NCBI GenBank assembly: GCA_018239985.1
Contig: JAFEGK010000010.1
Coordinates: 12,451 to 76,450 of the forward strand
Length of the DNA stretch: 64,000 nucleotides
From: Verrucomicrobiota bacterium
Lineage (GTDB): Bacteria; Chlamydiota; Chlamydiia; Chlamydiales; Rhabdochlamydiaceae
Direction of reading: 5' to 3'
In this document: positions 1 through 8,740 of the stretch, piece after piece
How the letters are laid out: each line of letters begins with the position of its first letter
Position numbering within the stretch: position 1 is the stretch's first letter
Made by a program: the position numbers and the translations under genes
The notes under the pieces: generated by a model
The model's input: the letters and a program-made list of their open reading frames with translations, nothing else
Database searches by the model: none
Told to the model about the DNA's origin: nothing

Positions 1-67
1 AAGCTATCGATAAAATAGGTGAATAAAATAGGAAAGAAAGAGAAACGCCAGATCGACTTTTGAAAGA

Positions 68-781
68 TCATTCTTCTCGAGCCAACGATCCTTCTTCTTC
101 TTTAAAGCGATATCCAACACCCCGTACAGTCTCGATCCAATGGAAATTAGGGCCTAATTTCTTTCGCAAAGCGGCGATATGGACATCGATATTCCGATCG
201 ACGATAAAGGCATCATCATTGTGAATATCGTCGAGGAGCTGATTCCGTGTGAGGACTTTGCCACGGTTATTAAGAAGCCGCTTCAAGATCCCAAACTCTG
301 AGAGGGTAATCGGCTGAACGAACTCCCCTTTCTTCAAAAGATAACGATCGATATCGAGAGTAAATTCTCCAAAGCGGACCACATTAGGGTTCTTTTCCAT
401 CTCTCGATGCCTGCGCATAACAGCCTTGATTCTCGAAAAGAGAATTTTGGGCGAAAATGGCTTTGCTACATAGTCATCAGCACCAAGCTCTAAGCCGAGC
501 ACGACGTCGATCTCCTCTGAACGTGCTGTGAGCATGATCACCGGAATGTCGCGCAAATCAGGATTGGCTTTAATTTTTCGGCATACATCCAATCCATTTT
601 GCCCAGGAAGCATCAAATCGAGGATAACCAAATCGGGTTTTTCACGCTCTACAGCACGATACCCATTGATCCCATCGACTTCCACATGCAATTTATACCC
701 CGACACCTCAGCCTGAAGCTTGATAAGAGAAGCGATGTCCTCCTCATCTTCAATCAAAAGAATTCTCTTCTTATGAGCCAT
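68..781 (-). CDS. OmpR/PhoB-family response regulator
   Basis: The 237-aa ORF has a receiver domain (RILLIEDEED, DLVILDLMLPG, VAKPF) and a C-terminal winged helix (ETVRGVGYRF). Confidence 0.9.
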   Translation of the reverse strand: MAHKKRILLIEDEEDIASLIKLQAEVSGYKLHVEVDGINGYRAVEREKPDLVILDLMLPGQNGLDVCRKIKANPDLRDIPVIMLTARSEEIDVVLGLELGADDYVAKPFSPKILFSRIKAVMRRHREMEKNPNVVRFGEFTLDIDRYLLKKGEFVQPITLSEFGILKRLLNNRGKVLTRNQLLDDIHNDDAFIVDRNIDVHIAALRKKLGPNFHWIETVRGVGYRFKEEEGSLAREE

Positions 782-865
782 AAAATCTCTCCTTTACATC
801 TTAATCTCAGTAAAGCAAGAGTTTGAAAAAAATGCACTCGAAAATTTTAGAGTCTTTAGAGAGGT

Positions 866-2257
866 CTATGCAGCCCCTGGAGCTCCCTTTTTCTTCTTCC
901 GTTTAGAAAAGAAAGCAAAGTCTTTCTTTTTCTCCCCAAATGGTTTGCCAAATCGGGGCCCTTTCTTTTTATCGGAAGATTCTCCCTTGTTGCCAAAAGG
1001 ACGCCTTTGCTTCCTTCCAAATTTTTGGTTTTGTTTGGGTCCAGCCCCTTTTGTCTTAGCAGAAGGCTCCAGCCCCTCAATGGTAAGAGTCGCCATTGGC
1101 GCGCCCATCATTTGATTGATTTTGTTAACTAGCTGTTCTTCTTTATAGGTTGCGAAGGTGATCGCGACCCCTTTTTCACCTGCTCGACCTGTGCGGCCGA
1201 TCCGGTGGATGTAATCTTCAGCTTGGAAAGGCAAATCGATATTGATTACGTGAGTCAAAGTCCTTACGTCGATCCCGCGCGCCGCCACATCGGTTGCCAC
1301 CAAGATATTGATATCTCCGCGGCGTAGTCTGCCGATTGTTCTAGTCCGTTGCCGCTGACTCATATTGCCATGGAGTGCATCAGTCACATAGCCCTTTTCC
1401 TGTAATTCATCAGCCAAAGTCTCGGCTGCATTACGAGTTGCGATAAAAATAATTGCTTGCTTGTAGTCGGTATTAGCAAGGATATGATCGAGGAGGCGCA
1501 TTTTATGGCCCATCCCATCGACATAATAGAGCCTCTGCTCGATGTTGACGTTCTCTCTTTTAGCTGGTTCAAGGAGGATTTCCTCAGGATTTCTCTGCAG
1601 TTTTTTCGAGAGGCGCAAAATCTTGGTTTCAAGTGTCGCAGAAAACAGTAGCGTCTGACGATCTTCAGGGGCCTCTTCTGCAATTTTCTCTACATCCTCG
1701 ATAAAGCCCATGTCGAGCATCCTGTCAGCTTCATCTAGCACAAAGAATTTGAGATTTGAAAGATCAATCCGCCCTTGTTGCATGTGATCGAGTAGACGGC
1801 CAGGAGTTGCAACGAGAATATCATGAGGTTTAGAAAGGGCTCTAGTCTGGATAGGGTAAGGGACCCCTCCGTAGATACAAACTGTTTTTAATTGGAGATA
1901 TTTGGAATATTTTTCAGTGACCGCAGTGATCTGCATCGCAAGCTCCCTTGTGGGGGCTAAAATGAGCACACGGGCCGATTTGCTTCTGGGTGTAGTCAGT
2001 AATGTCTGGAGAGCAGGGAGCATAAAAGCTGCCGTCTTGCCTGTCCCGGTCTGAGCCGAACAGATCAGATCGGCCCCTTCGAGCACCTTAGGAATGGCTT
2101 GAGCCTGAACAGGGGTTGGCTCTTCATAACCTAATTCTTTTAAGGCCTTTAAGAGCTTGGGGTCTAAATTAAAATCGCTAAAATTTTGCACTATATTCAC
2201 GTCCTTTTTTTTGTTTAGAACGTTTGCAAATTTAATGAATCGCTCTAAATTCGTCAT
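866..2257 (-). CDS. DEAD-box ATP-dependent RNA helicase with basic C-terminal tail
   Basis: Motifs AQTGTGKT, DEAD, SAT and HRIGRTGRAG are present. The ORF-track start at 2287 is TTG, so I used the first ATG at 2257. The tail is rich in Lys, Arg and Gly. Confidence 0.92.
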   Translation of the reverse strand: MTNLERFIKFANVLNKKKDVNIVQNFSDFNLDPKLLKALKELGYEEPTPVQAQAIPKVLEGADLICSAQTGTGKTAAFMLPALQTLLTTPRSKSARVLILAPTRELAMQITAVTEKYSKYLQLKTVCIYGGVPYPIQTRALSKPHDILVATPGRLLDHMQQGRIDLSNLKFFVLDEADRMLDMGFIEDVEKIAEEAPEDRQTLLFSATLETKILRLSKKLQRNPEEILLEPAKRENVNIEQRLYYVDGMGHKMRLLDHILANTDYKQAIIFIATRNAAETLADELQEKGYVTDALHGNMSQRQRTRTIGRLRRGDINILVATDVAARGIDVRTLTHVINIDLPFQAEDYIHRIGRTGRAGEKGVAITFATYKEEQLVNKINQMMGAPMATLTIEGLEPSAKTKGAGPKQNQKFGRKQRRPFGNKGESSDKKKGPRFGKPFGEKKKDFAFFSKRKKKKGAPGAA

Positions 2258-2373
2258 AAGTATAAAACAAATGTCTGTTATACACAAATGAATTCAAAAA
2301 TTGAGGTCAGGACGGGGTAATAAATTAATTTAATATAAAAATATGGGTAATATAGTATATAATAAACGGCATT

Positions 2374-3363
2374 ATGATGAATGTTGCTAAAAGTAGTAGA
2401 ATTATAAATCAATCCTTAACTAATAATCATTTTTTGCAACGCGAAGCGATTATTAGTCCTCCTCCTAAAGTCCAAGCCATTTGGGATACACTACTTAGCA
2501 CTATAGTCCCGCACAACGAAGTGACGGGCAATCGGAATATCGTCTTTATCCCACAAGCTCTCGAAAAAATCCTCGGGGAATTTTCCTACCGCTCATTAAT
2601 CACCAGCAACGGGGGGCTAAGTTTCAATCGGGAGAAGAAGCTGCTGGTAGAAAAAGTCAAAAATCAATTACTTCCCCATATTCGGCGTGAATTTGATTGG
2701 GATGTGCAGCTAGTAAGCAGCAATCAGATGAATGCCTTTGCACTACCTGGGGGTAAAATCATCATTTGCGAAGGGCTTATCGATCACATGATCGACTATT
2801 TGCGAATGAATATCGATGAGATCCAGGCGGGCTTAAGCCATCGGAGCAAAGCAGAGCAGGCAGAAGTGCTGGGACGAGAATTAGAATCGATGCTTGCGGC
2901 GGTCATGGGGCATGAAATTGCCCATGCTGACATTGGCCATAGCCGTGCGGCAATCCAAAGGGTTGTACTTCTCTATGTCATCCTTTTCATTGCATTTGTC
3001 TTAACCTATTTCTTTTCTCAGAAAGCAGAACGGGAAGACGAAAAGAATCGCAATCGCCCCCTAATAAATCTTATGCATGGGATCCACGATCAGCTTCTGC
3101 AGATTGGTTTTCAGCTTTATTCGCTAGCTCAAAGCCGCAGCGACGAATATGAAGCCGATGCGATGGGCATGCAGGTCTATATGCACGAAGCTGGCTACGA
3201 TCTCAACGGCGCTGTCCGTTTAATGGACATGTTTGTCAAAAAGGATCACTGCTATCATATGGGCTTCTTCGACAAAGTCGCCGAGTTCTTTTCTACCCAT
3301 CCACTCTCTGAAAAGAGGAAGATGCAGGCGATCGAAATACGCGATCGTGTAAATAAAGTATAA
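2374..3363 (+). CDS. M48/HtpX-like zinc metallopeptidase, membrane associated
   Basis: It has an HExxH motif (GHEIAHADIGH), a hydrophobic segment (VVLLYVILFIAFVLTYFF) and a downstream acidic EYEAD. Confidence 0.72.
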   Translation: MMNVAKSSRIINQSLTNNHFLQREAIISPPPKVQAIWDTLLSTIVPHNEVTGNRNIVFIPQALEKILGEFSYRSLITSNGGLSFNREKKLLVEKVKNQLLPHIRREFDWDVQLVSSNQMNAFALPGGKIIICEGLIDHMIDYLRMNIDEIQAGLSHRSKAEQAEVLGRELESMLAAVMGHEIAHADIGHSRAAIQRVVLLYVILFIAFVLTYFFSQKAEREDEKNRNRPLINLMHGIHDQLLQIGFQLYSLAQSRSDEYEADAMGMQVYMHEAGYDLNGAVRLMDMFVKKDHCYHMGFFDKVAEFFSTHPLSEKRKMQAIEIRDRVNKV

Positions 3364-3371
3364 AATAAGTT

Positions 3372-3394
3372 GGGCCGAGTTCGAAGCTCGGCCC
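3372..3394. terminator. GC-rich hairpin between convergent genes
   Basis: GGGCCGAG-ttcgaag-CTCGGCCC lies 9 nt after the peptidase stop. There is no clear U-tract on the plus strand. Confidence 0.4.
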
Positions 3395-3420
3395 ATCCGC
3401 CACAATCCCTGGCCTTAGAT

Positions 3421-3515
3421 ACAGTTAACGGATTTTGGTTTCGTCGCTTTTTTGAAGATTTTTGGCAAATTTCCCCTTCATTTGTTGGGGTCTTGAAACC
3501 AAATCCGTTAACAGC
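3421..3515. repeat. Inverted repeat element with about 19-nt arms and a roughly 55-nt spacer
   Basis: GTTAACGGATTTTGGTTTC at 3424-3442 pairs with GAAACCAAATCCGTTAAC at 3495-3512, with one bulged A. Confidence 0.6.
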
Positions 3516-3518
3516 TTC

Positions 3519-4307
3519 TTAAGGTCTGGGGACACCCAAATCGACCTTTTGCATCTCGAATGCCCCCTTCACGGGGTGCATTTTTAAGAATGATTTAAAA
3601 CTTTCCACATCTCCCGAGGTGTAAAACAGGTGCTTTACTGGTTCTAGCTCCTCGCATTTCGCCCTCATTTTCACCTCTTCGGCGATGCTCAGTGAGGGGT
3701 CGAGGGCTCGAGTCTGGGGGTCGAGCTCTTCTTCGATTTCATTTCGAATGTGGGGGTAGTGGGTGCATGCTAGAATGAGTGTATCGATTTCTTGGCCTAG
3801 AATTGGCTTTACACAGTGCCTGATCAGATCTTGGACATCCGACTGCCCGCGCTCGATTTTTTGCTCTAATTGAGGGCATGTAAGCGGAAATAGGGTACTT
3901 CCGGGAAGCTCCTTTTCAATCGCTCTCTGGTAAATCCCCGATCCAATCGTCCCTTCAGTTCCCATGATTGCAATACGCCGGTTTAGCGTCATTTTTTTGA
4001 GCGCTTTGATCGTGGGTTCGATCATCCCAATCATCGGGATAGGAAAATTTTCCCTTAGGGTTGGCACGACAAGGGTGCTGGCGGTGTGGCAGGGGACGAC
4101 GATCATTTTGGCGCCGAGGCTGATGAGAAAAGCGGTGATTTGCGAGGTATAGCGGAGAAGCTCGGGGAGGCTTTTTTTGCCATAGGGGAAGTGGGCAGAG
4201 TCGCTAAAATAGATGAAGGATTGATGGGGGAGGAGGTGCTCGAGGGCTTTGAGGACGCTTAATCCCCCCACTCCCGAATCAAATAAAGCGATTGGTTGCT
4301 GTGTCAT
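3519..4307 (-). CDS. murI: Glutamate racemase
   Basis: FDSGVGGLSVL and ACTHYP motifs are present. The ATG overlaps the upstream gene's stop as ATGA. Confidence 0.92.
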   Translation of the reverse strand: MTQQPIALFDSGVGGLSVLKALEHLLPHQSFIYFSDSAHFPYGKKSLPELLRYTSQITAFLISLGAKMIVVPCHTASTLVVPTLRENFPIPMIGMIEPTIKALKKMTLNRRIAIMGTEGTIGSGIYQRAIEKELPGSTLFPLTCPQLEQKIERGQSDVQDLIRHCVKPILGQEIDTLILACTHYPHIRNEIEEELDPQTRALDPSLSIAEEVKMRAKCEELEPVKHLFYTSGDVESFKSFLKMHPVKGAFEMQKVDLGVPRP

Positions 4308-4888
4308 TCTGGGATTTTGAGTTCTTGGCCGATCATGATCGTATTGCTAGACAAGCCGTTGGTTCTTTTCAGGGAGTCGACAGTCACGCTATACTGACGG
4401 GCAATTTTATCTAGCGATTCTCCCGAGACCACTTTATGGATTTGCACTGTCGGAGCTGGCTGCGCGTTGATGGCCTGAGAAATCGAGTTTAAGGTCGTTT
4501 TAAGGTTTGAAACTTCGTCGAGGCGACCGGTGTGGGTTTTGAGCTGGGAATCGAGCGCTGCAATCTGATTGCGGTATTGCTGGAGCGTTTCTGTGGTTTG
4601 GTTCAGATGGGTGCTCAAATTGTGCAGATCGGTTTGGATATTGGTGAGCTGTTTTTCGAGTTGATTGATCCGGGCTTCGATGCTGCTGACTTTCATCAGA
4701 GTATTGGGCTTGAGATCTGCGACTTTCTCTTCGAGATTTTCGATGTCGATTTTTGTTGAGCTATAGGCTTGTCGCACATCTAGGAGCGCTACCCGGATCT
4801 CGTCAAGGGTATCTTGTGTTGCCGCCGTCTGGGTCGACATTTGGGGAGCACAGCCAGCTAAGAGGATGAGGTAAATCCAATGTTTCAT
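4304..4888 (-). CDS. Lipoprotein with coiled-coil region and C-terminal LysM domain
   Basis: It has a lipobox (LLAGC), a long heptad-like Q/L/E-rich middle, and a C-terminal LysM-like segment (HKVVSGESLDKIARQYSVTVDSLKRTNGLSSNTIMIGQELKIP). Confidence 0.75.
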   Translation of the reverse strand: MKHWIYLILLAGCAPQMSTQTAATQDTLDEIRVALLDVRQAYSSTKIDIENLEEKVADLKPNTLMKVSSIEARINQLEKQLTNIQTDLHNLSTHLNQTTETLQQYRNQIAALDSQLKTHTGRLDEVSNLKTTLNSISQAINAQPAPTVQIHKVVSGESLDKIARQYSVTVDSLKRTNGLSSNTIMIGQELKIPE

Positions 4889-5517
4889 TTTTCGAAAATT
4901 TTAAACTCCGCACGTCTATTAATGGCCCAGGCATCTGGATTGTGTCCGAAAGCTTCTGGCTGTTCTTTTCCATAGGAAATAGAGTGGATTTGGTTTGGGT
5001 TTACACCTCTTTGCACAAGGAGGTTGCGTACGTAGTTTGCTCGTCTGGTCCCTAAGGCGAGGTTGTAAGCTTCTGAGCCCCTCTCATCGCAGTGGCCGCC
5101 GACGGCGACATAGGTATTGTGGTTATTTTTGAGGTAGGCGGCTGCTCGGTCGATAATTTGCATGTCTTGAGGATTGCGCAGGACATACTCGTCGGTTTCG
5201 AAGTGGACGTTTTGGAAGATTTGGGCAAGGCCGGCCATTGCTTTTTTGAACTGGTCGAGGCTGGGGATACCGCTGCCAGGCGCTCCGGGAATTTCACTAG
5301 GCTGTGGGATCGCGGCATCTGCAAAGCGCATATGCAGGTCTTGATCTTCAAGAGACATAAATTCACTATCAAAGCCAGAGTCAGCGAGCGAATCATCGGC
5401 AGTGTCATCGTAGATGCCCCGTAATTTGTGGCTTTGAGAGCGGACGACAGTAGAAGAATTGGGCGCGCATCCAGCGATCAGTGCCAGCAGAACGAGAAAT
5501 GTGAGTGTTGATTTCAT
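4885..5517 (-). CDS. pal: Peptidoglycan-associated lipoprotein (OmpA-C-like)
   Basis: It has a lipobox (LIAGC) and an OmpA_C signature (GHCDERGSEAYNLALGTRRA, NRRAEF). It sits after tolB. Confidence 0.88.
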   Translation of the reverse strand: MKSTLTFLVLLALIAGCAPNSSTVVRSQSHKLRGIYDDTADDSLADSGFDSEFMSLEDQDLHMRFADAAIPQPSEIPGAPGSGIPSLDQFKKAMAGLAQIFQNVHFETDEYVLRNPQDMQIIDRAAAYLKNNHNTYVAVGGHCDERGSEAYNLALGTRRANYVRNLLVQRGVNPNQIHSISYGKEQPEAFGHNPDAWAINRRAEFKIFEK

Positions 5518-6737
5518 TTAATCCCCCAAGTTGGGTAATGTTTTTTTCCAGGTCCTTTCGTAATTTGCACCGCTTCGGGTTGATTGAGATTGACCAGATA
5601 AAGCTCAGTCGAATCGGGATCTGTCGAGTTAAAAACAAGGTGTAAACTATCGGGGGCCCAGCACGGATTTTCTTTGTTGCCGGGGCCGGTAGTCAGTTGC
5701 AGCTCTTGTTCTGTTTCGAAATCATATATCCAAATTTGGCGCACACCATTTGTTTTAGCACTATAGGCTATTTTTTTTCCATCAGCAGACCAACAAGGAC
5801 ATGTGTTTTCTCTATTTAGCTTTGTCAAAAGAATCGGCTTAGCCCGTTTATTATGTGTCAGTTCTGAGGGGATTATGTAGATACGCGGTGTTCCATCTTT
5901 ATCCGAGACAAACGCAATTTTTGACCCATCAGGGCTAAAAGTGGGAGAGGCTTGAGTCGCGCCCGGATAAGAAAAGAGTTGCTGTGGCTTGTCGACGAGC
6001 ATCCCACTGGCATCAAGTTTTTGAATGAAAAGATCGGCCCGTCCGGTTGCGTCAGAAATAAAGGCGAGCTTATCCCGCTGCTTGGAAATTGCTGGTAGTA
6101 GTTGATTGCCTCGCAGTTCGATCAGTGGTTTGCCCGTAGAATGTTTCAGATTGGATGCGTAAATCTTGGGCTGGCCATTTTTATAGTTGACGTAGAGATA
6201 ATTGTGAGCGGTGGTGAATACAGGGTGGATGGAGTAGTTATTTTCTTGAGTCACCTGCTTGGCATTAGCTCCATCCCAGTCGCACTCCCAGATTTCGGCT
6301 TTATACTCATTGCTGGGCTTGAGAGAATAGAGGATGCGGGTATCGTTGATTCCTTTGGCACCAAAAAGGGTATGGAGAATCGCATCTGAGAGCTTATGCA
6401 TTTGACGTCGATCGGTGTGAAAATCATCTGTAATTGCGATGCCATCGAGTTTTTTAACTAAATTGTCTTTGTGAAGCACTTGAACGTTCAGCTTATTTTC
6501 ATTTTGAGTCAGCTTCAAAACATATCCATTTGCGGATTCGGAAAATTTAAAATATCCACTATGGCCTAAATCAAACTCTAGAACTGCGATTAATCGATTT
6601 AAATAAGGGGAATCACCCTTTTGAATCTGCAGATCAGCAAGTTTTGCTTGCGTCGCCAACTCGACCCGTATTTCATTGGCCCCTACCAGGAGATTAATGA
6701 TTACAAAAAGTAATAACAAATGTATGTTCTTTCTCAT
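5514..6737 (-). CDS. tolB: TolB beta-propeller periplasmic protein
   Basis: It has a signal peptide and repeated propeller motifs (P.FSPDG..IAF.S...G, WSADGKKIAY, WAPDS). It lies between the tolA-like gene and pal. Confidence 0.88.
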   Translation of the reverse strand: MRKNIHLLLLFVIINLLVGANEIRVELATQAKLADLQIQKGDSPYLNRLIAVLEFDLGHSGYFKFSESANGYVLKLTQNENKLNVQVLHKDNLVKKLDGIAITDDFHTDRRQMHKLSDAILHTLFGAKGINDTRILYSLKPSNEYKAEIWECDWDGANAKQVTQENNYSIHPVFTTAHNYLYVNYKNGQPKIYASNLKHSTGKPLIELRGNQLLPAISKQRDKLAFISDATGRADLFIQKLDASGMLVDKPQQLFSYPGATQASPTFSPDGSKIAFVSDKDGTPRIYIIPSELTHNKRAKPILLTKLNRENTCPCWSADGKKIAYSAKTNGVRQIWIYDFETEQELQLTTGPGNKENPCWAPDSLHLVFNSTDPDSTELYLVNLNQPEAVQITKGPGKKHYPTWGIK

Positions 6738-7473
6738 TTTTTAACTCACCAGTAAAGGGAGGGAAACTCATTGTTTTCAATTCTTGTTCTAAAAACTTCC
6801 TATTTCTGTCGCTTTGGCTTTGCAGCACCTTCATTTTAACAAATGACCCATCGCACTTCAGCACGATTTCCACCTTGACCTCCCCAAATTCGGGCAAGTC
6901 GAGTGTCTCTTGTAGACACTGAACCAATGAGGCAACAAATATACTCTCTTCTCCAGCAGATTCCTCATCGATTTTCAGTTGAGGAACCATCTTTGGATTT
7001 GGCAATTTAGAGTTCGGCGCTAATGCTTTGGGACTATCTTTATGGCTTGTTTGATCAATTTTCGCAATGCTTTCTTGCAACTCTCGTACTAAATTGGCCG
7101 GGACGACTGGGCCGCTCTTAGCTACTGGTGCACTTTTTTTTGCCGGCGCAGGTGAGGGTTTCGCAGTCGGCTTGACTGGTGATGGTTTTGGTGTGGGTTT
7201 GACCGGCGCCGGCTTTTGCGCTGCTGGTATTGGTGTCGGTTTTTGCATAGCGGGTGTTGGTGTTGGCCTCTGCACTGCTGGAGCAGGTCCCATTTTCTTC
7301 ACATCGGCCTTCACAATAGCAACGGGCTGGGCGATCTGCATCGGCGGCGGGGCATGGACGACTGTTCGCACTTGGAGTGGTTTTTTATCGACTTTCTTGC
7401 TCGGCATCCAGAGGGCAGACCAGAGGACGAAGAGCATGTGCATACCGATGACATAATAAGCAATCCGTTTCAT
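6694..7473 (-). CDS. TolA/TonB-like protein with an N-terminal TM, a Pro-rich linker and a C-terminal domain
   Basis: It has one TM helix and a KP/TP/AP-rich spacer (QKPTPIPAAQKPAPVKPTPKPSPVKP). It occupies the tolA position in the operon. Confidence 0.6.
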   Translation of the reverse strand: MKRIAYYVIGMHMLFVLWSALWMPSKKVDKKPLQVRTVVHAPPPMQIAQPVAIVKADVKKMGPAPAVQRPTPTPAMQKPTPIPAAQKPAPVKPTPKPSPVKPTAKPSPAPAKKSAPVAKSGPVVPANLVRELQESIAKIDQTSHKDSPKALAPNSKLPNPKMVPQLKIDEESAGEESIFVASLVQCLQETLDLPEFGEVKVEIVLKCDGSFVKMKVLQSQSDRNRKFLEQELKTMSFPPFTGELKNEKEHTFVITFCNH

Positions 7474-7883
7474 TGCGAGGGTTCCAGCACAACATCGAGC
7501 TCATCATAGCCGGCCTCTTCTAGCGCATTTTTCACCATCTGATACGTGCCGAAATGGGCTTTTCGATCTTGGAAAAGTTGCGGGGTTAATTTCGAGTTTT
7601 TTGTCTTCAATGCTTTTAGCACAGGAAAAAGATTTTCTGGAGTCACCTGCTTTTTGTTGATCCAAATCGTGTTGTTTTCATGGACATGGATAGTCAAAGA
7701 GCTCATGTTTGTCGCCTCAACCTGTTCTCGGTGGCCAGCTCGAGCCAGTTTGACATTGTCGACCTCTAGCATCGGGGCAATCAAAATGAACATGATCAGC
7801 ACGACAAAGACCACATCGATCAGGGGAGTCAGTTCGATTCTTCCCTCTTCAATAGCATCATCAATACGGTTTCGTCGGCGCAT
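7470..7883 (-). CDS. tolR: TolR/ExbD biopolymer transport protein
   Basis: The 137-aa protein has the conserved N-terminal segment (INLTPLIDVVFVVLIMFIL). Confidence 0.85.
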   Translation of the reverse strand: MRRRNRIDDAIEEGRIELTPLIDVVFVVLIMFILIAPMLEVDNVKLARAGHREQVEATNMSSLTIHVHENNTIWINKKQVTPENLFPVLKALKTKNSKLTPQLFQDRKAHFGTYQMVKNALEEAGYDELDVVLEPSQ

Positions 7884-7886
7884 ACT

Positions 7887-8597
7887 TTAAGGTTTTCTAT
7901 ATTGGAGTTCGATCGCAGTTAAAATTTTGTAGAGAAAGTCCTCAGTGTCAGACGCGAGCACTCTACAAGAATTTCGGAGCCAACTTGAAGAGACTAGCGC
8001 TGGTATAGCAATCAAAAGGCCAACAACCGTGGTCACAAGGGCGGTTGAAAGCCCCCCAAGGATCTCTGTGTTTGATGTGACACTCGCTCCAGCTTCCATA
8101 CCCGAAAACGCAACCAAAATCCCCCAGACAGTTCCTAGCAGCCCCAAAAATGGAGCCAGCGTGACAATCATTGGCAGAATGTAGAGATTTTTTTCGATTC
8201 TCTTCATTTCTGACGAAATGGTTGTCAGCACATACGATTCAATGAGCTCCATGTCGGTTCGCGTCAGATACACGTGCTCTTTGTCTTCGGCGAAAAAATG
8301 ATTCTTATTCAAGATCTCAACCGTCTTTTGTTTGACCATCTGAAAGACCTGAGAAAAAGGGTGAGAGGCTCCTTTCTGATCGACATTGAGATTGAGCAGC
8401 TGTTCCTTATTTTTTTGGAGAGCTCGATCAAATGCCTCGCACAGTTGCTTGGCTCTTTTCACCTGTTTGATTTTAAATATCAAGACTACCCAACAGGTGA
8501 TGGATAGGGCAAACAGGGCCATGAAAATACATTTTCCGAAAAAATCGGATTGAAAATAAGCTGAAAAGAGCGCGTGGCTTGTAGCAAGTAGGATCAT
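7887..8597 (-). CDS. tolQ: TolQ/ExbB proton-channel protein
   Basis: It has a MotA/TolQ/ExbB C-terminal core (LGLLGTVWGI..AF). I trimmed the start to the ATG at 8597 (MILLATSH...), because the upstream 62 codons of the ORF-track call run through a GC-rich hairpin in the intergenic region. Confidence 0.85.
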   Translation of the reverse strand: MILLATSHALFSAYFQSDFFGKCIFMALFALSITCWVVLIFKIKQVKRAKQLCEAFDRALQKNKEQLLNLNVDQKGASHPFSQVFQMVKQKTVEILNKNHFFAEDKEHVYLTRTDMELIESYVLTTISSEMKRIEKNLYILPMIVTLAPFLGLLGTVWGILVAFSGMEAGASVTSNTEILGGLSTALVTTVVGLLIAIPALVSSSWLRNSCRVLASDTEDFLYKILTAIELQYRKP

Positions 8598-8685
8598 AGA
8601 TGTCTTTAGAGGAAATTGCAAAACTCCCGGTGCCCAGAAAAATCGATGATTTTGAGCCAGTTTGCCAGCCCCGAAGCGGCCAAGG

Positions 8686-8733
8686 CCCTGCCCCCGAGCA
8701 CATACTCGAGGTGAGTAGGGCTCGGGGGCAGGG
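8686..8733. promoter_or_regulatory. Perfect 14-bp GC-rich inverted repeat in the tolQ / glycosyltransferase divergent region
   Basis: CCCTGCCCCCGAGC at 8686-8699 pairs with GCTCGGGGGCAGGG at 8720-8733 across a 20-nt loop. It ends 7 nt before the ATG at 8741. Its function is unknown. Confidence 0.5.
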
Positions 8734-8740
8734 TAGCAAA

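Noticed and set aside
3407-3418. The 12-nt match CCCTGGCCTTAG, shared with 35619-35630, considered as a possible dispersed repeat.
   Set aside because: The match is short. At 35619 it is half of a terminator hairpin, while at 3407 it has no partner arm. I treat it as chance unless a genome-wide count says otherwise.
7067-7509. Plus-strand ORFs 7067..7456 (129 aa) and 7216..7509 (97 aa), rich in Gly, Ala and Cys.
   Set aside because: They are antisense shadows of the Pro/Lys/Ala-rich linker of the TolA-like gene. They are low-complexity, and no start context or domain supports them.
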